Shown here one piece after another: positions 1 through 10,789 of a stretch of 64,000 bases of DNA (position 1 is its first letter; every line of letters starts with the position of its first letter). The notes beneath the pieces were generated by a model, which worked only from the letters and a program-made list of their open reading frames with translations, did no database searches and was not told the DNA's origin. The position numbers and the translations under genes were made by a program. The DNA comes from Plasmodiophora brassicae (lineage: Eukaryota), in the NCBI GenBank assembly GCA_036867785.1, contig CP145410.1, positions 1,178,001 to 1,242,000 of the forward strand, read 5' to 3'.

Positions 1-78
1 CGCAAGCACCTGCCGCGGTACCTGCTCCAGGTCGGTCGCGCTATACGCCAGGCGGCGGGGCACCTGTCTGCAACGGGC

Positions 79-109
<31 letters not shown>

Positions 110-2327
110 CGGTGGCCTGCTTGACGCAGGCCGTGGCCGTCGCCGACGCCGTCCTGTCCGGCAGCGACCGCACCCTTGTCGTGGACTGCCTCGTGGAGCT
201 CGCCGACGCGCACCTGTGTCGCCAGGAGGCGCCCGCCGCCGTCCGATCGCTGAAGCGCGCCGTCGCCGAGATCGACGCCATCCACGGGTGCAACTCCAGG
301 GACCTGCAGGTCGGTGCCACCTCGGACACGTCTAGCCGGTCGCTAACGCGGCGCGCGCGATGCCACAGATCGCCGACCTGATGACGAGGATGGCCCGGGC
401 GTTCGTGGCGAACAGCCAGGCAGACCTCGGGGCGCAGGCCTGGCGCCTGGCCCAGGCCCACTACCGTCGCCTGCTGTCGACGAACGACGGCACCGATGCG
501 ACCGACGAGCGCGTCCGCCTGCTGAACCGCCTCGCCGCCCTGCACGACGAGTTCCGCCCGCCGTCATCGTCGTCGACCTGGGCGACGTCCTGGCAGGTGG
601 CGACGTCCCGGCACGGGCACCTGCTCGAGACGATCGCGGCGGGGCGGGGCGCGGCGCGCGCCTCCCCCGACCCGATCGACGTGCTCGAACGCGTCGCCGA
701 GTACGCCCGCCAGGCGTACGGCGGGGCGCACGACGTCGCTGCCGGGGCCGGCATCGACCTCGCCAACGCGATCGGCCGCGCCGGCCGCGAGCTCGAGCGC
801 CTGCACATGCTGCGCCGCATCGACGACGCGTTCGACGGGCGCGGGTCGCCGCAGCACGTCCGCTGCTGGCTGGAGCAGGGCGCGTCGCTGGAGGCGCAGC
901 GCCTGTTCCTGGAGATGAAGGCGGTGCTGGAGAAGGCGCTGGCGCGGGTCGAGCGCGACTCGCGGGCGACGCCCGACGTCGACACCGTGTTCGGGCTCGT
1001 GGCCGGGCTGATCCGCGCCGGGCACCGCCTCGGCGAGTTCGACACCGCCGGGCGCGTCGTGGAGCGCGCCGTGCTCGTCTGGCAGCGCCTGTTCGGCGGC
1101 GGGCCGTCGTCGGCGGTCCCCGCCATGCTCCGTCGCCTGGCGGCCCAGTTCGCCGACCTGTCCCGGCACGACATGCAGCGGAGCGTCGTGATCGAGGCCT
1201 GGGAGCTGGCGCGCCTGCAGGCCATCGAGCAGACGCCGCACGCCGCCCGCACCGTCTACCGCGTCCGGGACCGGCAGGCGTTCATGGAATTCGCGCGGGT
1301 CACCGTCGCCTACGCCGACGTCCTCGGGCGGGAGGGGCGCACCGACCTCGCCACCGGCGCCTTGCGCGACGTCATCGGCATCCTCGACGAAGGCGCCGAC
1401 CGCGACGACGTCAGCGCCCTGCTGGTCGACGTGCGCACGTCGTTCGCCCACCAGCTGTACCGGCAGGGCGACGCCGACGGCGAACGCCGGGCGCTGATCG
1501 GCGTCCTGGAACTGCAGAAGCGGGGCGCGGGCCGGCTCGCGTCGGCGACGATGCCGATGACGCTGCTCCGGCTGGCGTCGGCGGAATCGCGTTCGGGCGA
1601 CGGCGACGCGAGCACCGCGTGCCTGACGGCGGCGCTGGCGCTGCTGAACGACGCGCTGCTGGTCGAGCGGTCCGACCCGTTGCGGCAGTTCGTGCGCGCC
1701 GCGCTGCAGTCGCAGTCGCGGGTCGGCGCGGGTCGGCCGCCGCGGCGCGGACGCCGCCTGGACCGCGTCGACCTGTACGGGATCCGGTTCGATGCGGATC
1801 GCGACCCGATGCCGTACGCGACGGCGATGGCACCGGCGCGTACGGCCCACGACCGCAACGGGAACGCGGTCGGCGTCGTCGTCGACGAGGAGGCGGCGGA
1901 AGCGGCGGCGAGCCGCGCGGCCCATCGCCGGCACCTGACGAACCAGCTGCGACGGTACGAGACGCGGCGGCCGCGTGTGCGCCACGACTACATCGCGCTG
2001 GCGCTCGTCGAGCTGGCCGACGCGTACACGAACGACCGGATCTACGCCAAGGGCCAGGCCTACCTGCAGCGGGCGCTGAAGATCATCGCGAAACGACGCC
2101 TGCCGATCGCCGTCCCGGGACGGATCGCGGCCGCGCTGGCGCTGGCCGAACACGGCGTCCAGGCGCCCGGGCACGACGCGACGCCTGACGTCGTTCCGGC
2201 GTTGAGGTCGGTCGGGCCCGCGCGCGAGTCGTCGGGCAAGGGCCCGTCGCCGTACGAGGCGCCCGCCCGCGGCAAGTCCCGATCGCGGTCCAGGACGCCG
2301 GCCAGTAATAGTACCATGTACCGATGA
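1..2327 (+). CDS. TPR-like alpha-helical repeat protein, 5' end outside the window
   Basis: Open frame from the window start, intron 310-368 (GT..CTAAC..CAG), then a long Ala/Leu-rich helical ORF with TPR-like segments (LALVELADAY...AYLQRALKI). Confidence 0.6.
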
Positions 2328-2463
2328 TAAACGTCCCGGCGGCGGATGGCACATGGCAACGCGCGCCGCTCTCGAATGTTCTGGAGCGCGAGCGGGGGGG
2401 CACCTGGACCAGGGCGCCACCCGTCGGCACGTCGCGCGCCAGTCCCCGTTGCTTCAGTTAATA

Positions 2464-3709
2464 ATGAAGAGCGCGATCGTCGGCGCCCTGCTGCTGCTGG
2501 CGGGCGTCGTCGCCCACATCGCCAATGCGCAGAGCGATATCGTCCCCCTGGATTGCATGCGTACGCGTCGCTCGTTCGTTCACCGGCCGCCCGTCCGTCA
2601 CTGACCGGTGCGGGGCGTCGTCGTCGTGCACAGAGAAGGGCAACTTCGACCCGGCCATGTGCATGTTCGCCGGCGAGTATTGCGACTTCCGCACCGACTT
2701 TGCCGACTTCAACGACCAGGCCATCCAGTACTACAAGTACGTCGACGACCCGAACCCGAACAATGCGGAATTCGTCGTGGAGAGCGGCGCGCCGGCGTAC
2801 GCGAACGGCACGCTGAACGTGTACCTGCACCCGCCGCGGCCGACGACGCCACCCGGGCGCGGCATCGCCTCCATCATCTCCACCACCCGGTTCATGCATT
2901 ACGTACGGGCGCTCGCGTTCGTATTCGCCGGTGTGCTGACGGCCCCCGATCGAACAGGGCGTCTTCGAGGTGACGCTGGAGCAGACGGGCCACCCGGGCG
3001 TCGTCACGACCTTCATCTCGTACTCCAACGACAAGGACGAGATCGACCTGGAGATCACGGGCGCCGACCACAACAACACGCAGGCGAACTGGTACTACCG
3101 CGGCATCCAGGACAACAACGAGTTCGGTAGGGCAGACGGGTGCGGGCGCCGTCGCCAGGCGCACTCTGACCGGCGCGTCGCTCGGCAGGGGCGTCTGTCA
3201 ACGGGTTCGTGGGGCACACCAAGGAGGACAACGCGCTGATCCCGCACCGGTACACGATGAACTGGACGGAGAACGAGATCACGTGGTCGATCAACGGCGC
3301 CCTGATGCACAAGGTGACCCGCGCGAACAAGACCGCCCGGTTCCCGTCGTCGCCGTCGCGGATCTCGTTCGGCGTCTGGCAGGCGCAGAACGGCAGCGTC
3401 TGGGCGGGCAACGCCACCATCACCGACTGGACCGCCCCGATCGTCGCCCGCTTCTACAACATGTCCGTCTCCTGGTACGTAAGCGCATGCGCGTCGTGGC
3501 GACCAGGCCCCCCTGTGCGGGCGTTTGGGTTCGTGACACTGACAACGCGCACACACAGCCGCGCCGGTCCACATGGGGGGACGCCCGCCCCGCCAACGCA
3601 TCCGCCCACCGGGTACAACCCGGATGCCGTCTTCGCCACGTCGCCAGCGACGCGCCCTGTCGTTCCCGCCCTGGTCATCGCCCTGGTCGTCATCGTCGCC
3701 CTCTGGTGA
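2464..3709 (+). CDS. Secreted, probably GPI/TM-anchored glycoside hydrolase family 16 (Crh-like), multi-exon
   Basis: Signal peptide MKSAIVGALLLLAG; GH16 catalytic motif DEIDLEITG; HRYTMNWTENEITWSING; hydrophobic C-terminus; about 4 short introns. Confidence 0.85.
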
Positions 3710-3818
3710 TCACCGGTTGCGTCTGCCAGGTCCCCCTGCATCGGTACCCACGCGCACGTGATCCCAACCAGGGCGCGGTGTCGTCGTACAACGTCTCGGT
3801 TTATCAGGAACAGGTCCG

Positions 3819-5045
3819 TCAGTAGGCATAGTACCCGGGAACGGCGCCGTAAACGTACGGCGCCGGCGCCGCATACATCGGGGCGCCATACGGCACGCCA
3901 ATGGCCGCCGTCGCATGCAGGCGATTGTCGTTCACGTTGTTGTCGAACGCCGTCGTGGTCGCCGCCGACGACCGCGTCGCGGCGCTGTTCGCGTTGCCAA
4001 CGTCGGCCCGGCGGTCGTAGCCGGCGGCGCTGCTGCTGTACTGGGTCCCGCTGCTAACGCCCCCGGGCAGGCCGGCGCCGATCACGACGGACGACCCGCG
4101 GGCGCCCTTGGCGTACTGGCTGTCCAGCAGGTTGCTGTGCCCGGCCGAATCGTACAGGCTCTGCGCGCTGTCGGCGTGGTCGAGCGCGCTGCCGGCCGAC
4201 GCCACATGCGACCGCTGGTCGGTGCTGCCGTGCGACCCGCCGCCGCCGCCAAAGATGCTGGCCGTGTCCGACGCCGCCTGGTCGACGAGGCGCGACCTGC
4301 CCGCCTGGTGGACGTCGTTGGCGACATTGCTGGCGCCGCGCCGCGCGTACTTGCTGAGCCGGCCGCGGTTCAGCACGGCCGAGTACGCGTCCTGCGACTC
4401 GCCGGCGCTGCCGACGCCGCCCAGGCCCTGGCCGAGCACCGCCCGGCTGTACGAGGCGCGGTTCACCGCGCCCTGGTCGAACACCTGGTCGCTGTTCGCC
4501 GAGTTCACCAGCGACTGGCCCAGGTGGGCGGCGCTGCCGCGCGCCGCTTGGTCGTTCTGGAACAGCGACTTGGCCGACCGGCCGAACGACGCCCCGTACG
4601 GGCCGTTCAGCGCGACGCCCGTGTCCAGGGCCGCGTTCCGGACGGCGGAATCGCGGGCGGTTCGCGACGATCCCTGGTGCTGGACGACGTCGCCCGCCGC
4701 GCTGGACAGCAGGGCGCCTCGGTCGAAGTTGGCCGACAGCGCCCGGCTGTTCGTCCCGGTGCTGCCGGCGCCGCCGAGGCCGGCAACGCCAATCTCGGCC
4801 GTGTTGAACGCGTTCTGCGCCACGTTGGCGCGGTCGTACGCCTGCGCCCGGTTCTCGTTGGTCGCCTGGGCGACGTGCCCGTCGGTGCCGGTGCTGAACC
4901 CGCGGTCGAACACGTTGGACGACGCCTGCTTCCGGTTGCCTGCCGACCCGCCGTACGGCAGGATGACGTGCCCGACGGACGCGTGCTCCAGCATGACGGC
5001 GACGACGAGTACGACGACCCGTATGAGCTTTGTCAGGTCCCCCAT
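3819..5045 (-). CDS. Secreted Gly/Ala/Ser-rich protein (408 aa) with 59-aa periodicity and a Tyr/Pro-rich tail
   Basis: Intronless ORF from ATG 5045; hydrophobic leader LIRVVVLVVAVML; no Cys or Trp; periodic Gly-rich turns. Confidence 0.75.
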   Translation of the reverse strand: MGDLTKLIRVVVLVVAVMLEHASVGHVILPYGGSAGNRKQASSNVFDRGFSTGTDGHVAQATNENRAQAYDRANVAQNAFNTAEIGVAGLGGAGSTGTNSRALSANFDRGALLSSAAGDVVQHQGSSRTARDSAVRNAALDTGVALNGPYGASFGRSAKSLFQNDQAARGSAAHLGQSLVNSANSDQVFDQGAVNRASYSRAVLGQGLGGVGSAGESQDAYSAVLNRGRLSKYARRGASNVANDVHQAGRSRLVDQAASDTASIFGGGGGSHGSTDQRSHVASAGSALDHADSAQSLYDSAGHSNLLDSQYAKGARGSSVVIGAGLPGGVSSGTQYSSSAAGYDRRADVGNANSAATRSSAATTTAFDNNVNDNRLHATAAIGVPYGAPMYAAPAPYVYGAVPGYYAY

Positions 5046-5192
5046 GCGGCGAGGAACGGCGATAGGATACAGGTGTGACCAGCGGAGAGCGCATCGCGCG
5101 CGCGGGAACCCCTCGGCCGTCTTCCGGTCGACAGAAATATCGGCCTTGTGGTCGGAAACGGGCGGCCGATCCGGTCCACACGCCCGCGCGCC

Positions 5193-5211
5193 ACACACAC
5201 ACACACACACA
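5193..5211. repeat. (AC)n microsatellite
   Basis: About 9 AC units upstream of the secreted-protein gene. Confidence 0.85.
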
Positions 5212-5275
5212 GACGAGACCAGGTGGGCCGATGCGGTGTTGATTAGGCATAGTTCACACAGGGCAGGGGGGCGCC

Positions 5276-5979
5276 CTACGCCGACTTGGTCGCGTTGATG
5301 TGGAATACACCTGACAGGCAGACGCGCGTCAGGGCGCGCGGCCGTACCGTATACGTTTGCACACAGACCCGAACGTACACTGCGGTATCTGGTCGATCTC
5401 GGCGGTGACGATGGCGTCCACGCCCATGGATCGGAGCGCGCCGCGAATCAGGCCCCGTGTGAACGCGGCAAACGCCTGCGCGGACGCCTGCGCCACACGT
5501 TCGTCGTCGTGGGCGATGTACTGCAGCCAGCGAAGGTTGTTGTCCTGCACGGCGAAGATGCCCGCGTTGTTCGTGCGCAACTGGGGGGGTCGGATGGGCA
5601 CACGCCCACACGTTAGAGCATACCGCGTGACGACCGGTCGGCGCATCGTTCGGCTTACCCTGTCGGCCGTCTTGTTAAACAGGGCGTTCCATATCTCCTT
5701 GCAGAGGAACTTCAGCACGTCCAGCTGCGTATTGAACCGCGCCTGCCGAGCCAAGGCGCAATCAGGGCGTGGACCAGCAGCGGACGACGGCAACGGGGCG
5801 ATTACGCGCTCCCGAATGGCACGCTCGGCGAACCGCACGCCAACGCTGCTGCCGATGGCGTCCAGTCGGTCCTCGCTGGACGGCCGTCGGACCATCTCGA
5901 CCAGCAGCAGGTCGAGCGACGACCGCGCGATCAGGTCGGACGCCGCGGACGTCGCCGCCGTCGTCGTCGTCGTCGCCAT
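5276..5979 (-). CDS. TRAPPC6: TRAPP complex subunit 6 (Trs33), multi-exon
   Basis: RLDAIGSSVGVRFAER, LDVLKFLCKEIWNALFNK, LRTNNAGIF, FTRGLIRGALRSMG. Confidence 0.9.
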
Positions 5980-6136
5980 CCGCACGATGCGCCGCCGCCG
6001 CGGAATCTCGCGCGGCTCGGCCGCCGCCGACGGGCGACGACAGGCGATGATAGTAGGCACGACGGCTGGTGGGAAACACAGGCACGTCCAGTGATGGTTT
6101 TATAGTCTGTTTGGGGGATCGCGAGCGGTCCCACAA

Positions 6137-9100
6137 TCAAGACAGATCCATGGGCTGAGCCAGATGAGTGGCAACGTCTGGATCGGGTGACCGTGGCGAC
6201 GACGACGACAACGGCAGCAGCAGGGCGTCCCGTTCCGCGCCGGTCGGTTCCGGGGGCGGGGACGGCGCCCCACTCGCCGCCATATCGAGCTCGGAGACCT
6301 CCATGGGTGCCGGGACGCGGAACATGGCGGGTATCTCGTCCGGCTTGTCGAGGAACGCCGGCTGCTTCTCCCACCAGGCCGCGAAACGCGCCTTGAGCCT
6401 GCCGTACCGGATGCGGCGGGTCGTTGGCCGACGACGGTAGAACATGTCCTCGGTGTCTTCAATGTAGTACGTCTTGAACGTACGACGGCAGATCTTGCTC
6501 TCGAGGGCATTGATCGTGACGGTTGCGTCAGGCGATGGACGGCGCTGCTGGGCGCGTCGCAGGTTCCTTCGCAGGAACGGGTTCGTACCTGACGACAGCA
6601 GGTCGGAGCGGGTCGACAAATAACGATCCAGGTACTGCTCCCAGGCGGCGCTGGATGGCTTCGCCTCCGCCGACCCGACGTTCTCCAGGAAAGCGATGCC
6701 CATTTCGTTCGAGTCCTGCACAAATCAGAGTCAGGGACGGGCCGACACGACGCAGACGACGACAGGCGCGACCTTGAAGAATTCGATTTGAATACAGTGG
6801 TCGTCCTCGTTGAGGAGGCTGGAGCAATTCATCAGATACATGCGCGCCAGCAATGCCGATCGCTCCAGAGGATCGTCGCCGGCGGCGACCGATTTGTCAA
6901 GCGCCCGCGAGTGCTCGTAGCCGTACAGGCCGATCAGCTTCTGACTGAGCGCAGACCCAGCAACCGTCTGCATTTGCTTGACGATGGCCGCGACAAGCTT
7001 ATCGATGGTGAACATTGGGTACGACTTGGCACCGACGAGCGCGCGCAGGTTGTCCTCGTACGTCACCTGGTCGACCTGGTTGTCCAACAGTTTGTACACC
7101 AGTTCCTTGAATTGCTGGTAGACAGATTCCCCGTCCGGCTTCGCAAGAGCGAGGTCGCGACAGGTCTTCCATCTGGAATACAAGAACTGATGGAGGCGGA
7201 AGAACACATAGAACGACAGGTTTCCAAAGAACAGATTCGACTCGCGGGTATGCCGTCGCATAGGGTTAATCGTTTCCTCCAGCGCCCATGCGCTCATGGA
7301 CAGTCGAACCGGACGCGTAGAAGCCTGTGCAACAGACCGTAAATACAATGGGATCCACAGCTGTCGATGTAACCTACATCAGGGCCGTCGAGCAGGTCAG
7401 ACTTGTCAGTGGCGTTCAAGAAATGGAGGACGAAACCGTTCCAGAACGAGAGCAATTGAGAGCGATCCTCATCCGGAAGATGATTGATGCACCTCTCGAT
7501 TAGGTCCAGAAGTTCAGGGTGAACTGCTTGATCGTCAAGCGAGAAGTTCATGCAGTAATTGTACAAAGAAGGCTGGAGGCTGGCGTTCGTAAACACCCCC
7601 TTCTCCTCAGCACCCTCCGCCATTTTCTCGCACAGGTCCTTCAGTTCTGCGATCAAGAATTTGGACGACAGACGCTTCTTCTCCTCTGACTTGAACGTAA
7701 AGCTTCTGTGATCAAGGGAGCGGTGATAATTGGCCTTGACGACATCCTGCCATGTCTTCTTCATGTTCTCCCGGGCTCTCCTCCACTCGACATCCTTCTG
7801 CTTCAGGCGCTTCAGGATAACCGGTATTGCAGTGGATGGGTTCAGACGCAACAAGCGGATGATATCGTACCTGACATATTGCATGTAAGACAGTGCGGAC
7901 ACGTATACGACAATGCGACAACTTACCATGCATCACCGTAGATGCGAGCCATTGCGCGAATATGCAGAATGTCGACAGAGTTGTCGAGCTTGAATGCAGA
8001 AGCTTGCTCCAATGTCAAGACTTCAATCTTGTCGCATAACGGCTTCGCAATGGTTAGACCAGCTGAGGAGCTATGGCAAGGCGGCCACGAACCTGTAGTA
8101 CGCGAATCGCTGCGGCGTTATTCTCGATCATCATGTCGATTTCGTACCGCTCATCTTCCACTTTGAAGAGTGCCTCCTCGTACTGGTTCTTACGAGACGA
8201 CTTGAAGCTCTGATCTTCAGTCCCAGTAGGAATGGATATGCATGTGTCGTTGAGGACACTGTCTCCAAGAATAGAGCGCCCCGAACAAGGGGGACACGGG
8301 ATCTCCGCAGGAAGAAGTCGATAGGATGGGGTGACCTGCGTGCAGGTTGTGAAGTCGACCGACGAGACAAACGCGTAGAAGTTTGACCGCATGTGGGTCA
8401 TCAGTTGATTCTCCTCCCATTCGTTGTAGCCCAGAACTTCCTTGAACTTGATCGCGAACTCGGCGTATTTAGGATTCTTCAGAAACAGGTCATCAACAAG
8501 GGACATCAACTCGGCACGAGTGATGATGTTGCAAGAGAATAGATTCAACACGCGCATAAGTTGCACGTAGAGAGATCGAGGAACAATCATCTAAGGCAAC
8601 CGTTAGAGTGTTGTTACATGGTGTCCCCAATAACGAGCCATACTTTGATCTTTTCGAACAGCTGCATTTCCTTCTTCGAGTCTGGAGGATACGACACTGT
8701 CGCATACGGACCTGGCGGAATCATCCCTCCAATGTTGCCAGATATTCGCCGGTTAGCCGTCGGCAGACCTGTAGCAGCGTCAGCGAAGTGCATTGTGACG
8801 ACGGAAGGCATCAGACCTGGGGCACTCATGGTGGACGAGGCAATTGGGGACGTCCCGGCACGGACGGGAGGGGGCGGCGGAACCCCAATGGGACCAGAAT
8901 CCATTCGACGAACACCGAGCGGCGGCACTGAACTCGTACCACCAGGTTCCTCTTTTCGTGGGCGCTTCTTCTTCTGTTGCTTAGCGACACCTGCGGGAAG
9001 TGCTCCACTAGCTTCTGGGGGCAGGAAATAATTGAAGTCATCCAGCAAGTCGGGATGCCCGCGGAACAAGTTCTGGACTTTAGCCTTGACCTGTTCGATG

Positions 9101-9600
9101 GCAGTCTCGGTTGTCCGCTTCTCCTGATACGCATGGAGAATCTCCAGAAACTCTTCGTAGACTTCGGGTCGCGACTCGAAACGTTGCTGTTAGCGTCGAT
9201 TGTCAGCACTCCATACAGCCCAAGTAAGACGCACTGGCTTACCTTGATCTTAGCGACGTACTTAACAGCGTGATTGAACTCAACGGTTGGCTTCTGTTGT
9301 GGCGGTTCAGGTGGCGGGACTGTTGGATCCGTGATCTTGTATCCCGGAGGCAGGAACTGGTTGAACCCAAGAATAAGTTCACGGTGGCCCTGGAACAAGG
9401 TAGTGACTCGCTTGATAACGCCCTCGGTGTTTATGGTCTGCGCCTTGAACTCTTTCATGATCTCAAGGAACTGGTTGTAGACGTTTGGCCGATCATAGAA
9501 CTTCTTCTTCACTTTCTCCAGGTACCCGAGAGCGTCCTTGACTTTCGGCATCTCCCCAGCTGGCTGGCCCACGCCATCACCGACTTGCTGTGCCTGAGGT

Positions 9601-9636
<36 letters not shown>

Positions 9637-10403
9637 GATTGCTGCGGCAGCATCATGGGCTGTGGCCCAGGTTGCCCTGATTGAGGTGGGACCGGGACCT
9701 TTGGTGCTCCCATAGGAGACGGGCCGCCCATCGGTTGCATTAATGTCGGTGGAGCACCCGCCTGTTGCATGGACTGTATCGGCCCAGGTCCAGATAGTTG
9801 AGAGACTTGTGCAGGAGGCGGTTGCGATGGCCCGGTTTGGAACTGCGGCGAAATGCGCCCAACTTGAGGCGCCTGCGGCGGACGCGGGATGTGACCTTGC
9901 AGGATGGCTCCTCGTCCCGTTTGCTGCATCAACCCACCCCGCATCATCATCGAAGGTGGAGGCCCGCCTCGACTCGGTCCTGTAGCACCCACCACGGTGC
10001 GCTGCATCACTGGCCCAGGAACGATGCCGCCCTGGACGACATTGCCGGGGCCGAACTGTCCCGGCACACCTTGTTGCTGCTGGATGACGGCGCCCAGCCC
10101 TCGCCCTCGACCTGCTTCATCGCCGAACATAGCTCGAGAATTTGGTTGAGGCGGCGGTGCCGCGCGGGCTCTGTTGATGGCCCCGAATGCGGCGGCCTGC
10201 TGGGGCGTGCTCTGCTGGAATACCGGCGGCTGGTGTGGTGGTGGAGGTGGTGGCACATTCCCACCAACAAACATCTGCGTTGACGCAGGTGGTCCGGGCG
10301 GTTGCGATGGGGGAGGCATGGCCGACGGTGTCGGCGGCGACGTCGACTGCTGTGACTGCGCTGACGGCCCCTCTTCGACGCCATCCGGTAGTCCCCTCTT
10401 CAT
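6137..10403 (-). CDS. SIN3: Sin3 co-repressor (PAH1-3, HDAC-interaction domain, Sin3 C-terminal domain), multi-exon
   Basis: PAH1 [13 protein letters not shown]...[20 protein letters not shown]2 [25 protein letters not shown]...[26 protein letters not shown]; low-complexity Gln/Pro N-terminus. Confidence 0.95.
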
Positions 10404-10789
10404 GGGCGGCGCACCGGACGGCGACGGTTCGTCTCCAACGCCTTCCGCCGTCGTGGTGACGCTGAACTGGGGAACGCAGATAAACAAGTGGCCGTGCCAC
10501 TCAGTTGCAAGTCCGGACTAGAATCACCCCGCCGAACGCAACGCCCATAAAAACTGACAGCCCTCCCGCCGCAGTCCGCAACAAGGGCCCACGCCGCGGC
10601 CGCCTACATAACGTACAAACAGCTCCCGCATCATCGGCTGACATCAACCAGCGGCACAGTCGAGTTCGGCAAATGACGCGAGTCTAATGTAATTGCCAAA
10701 TTCAAATAGAGCCGTCGCAGAGAAAGCCGCGCCCGATAAACGATAGGTTATTAATACAGTGTAGAGAAAAAAGCATACGTAAGAACGTG

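Noticed and set aside
343-6100. Many long overlapping Arg/Pro-rich ORFs
   Set aside because: Expected alternative-frame and antisense ORFs in very GC-rich coding DNA
9607-9635. CAG triplet repeat
   Set aside because: Ordinary poly-Gln tract within SIN3
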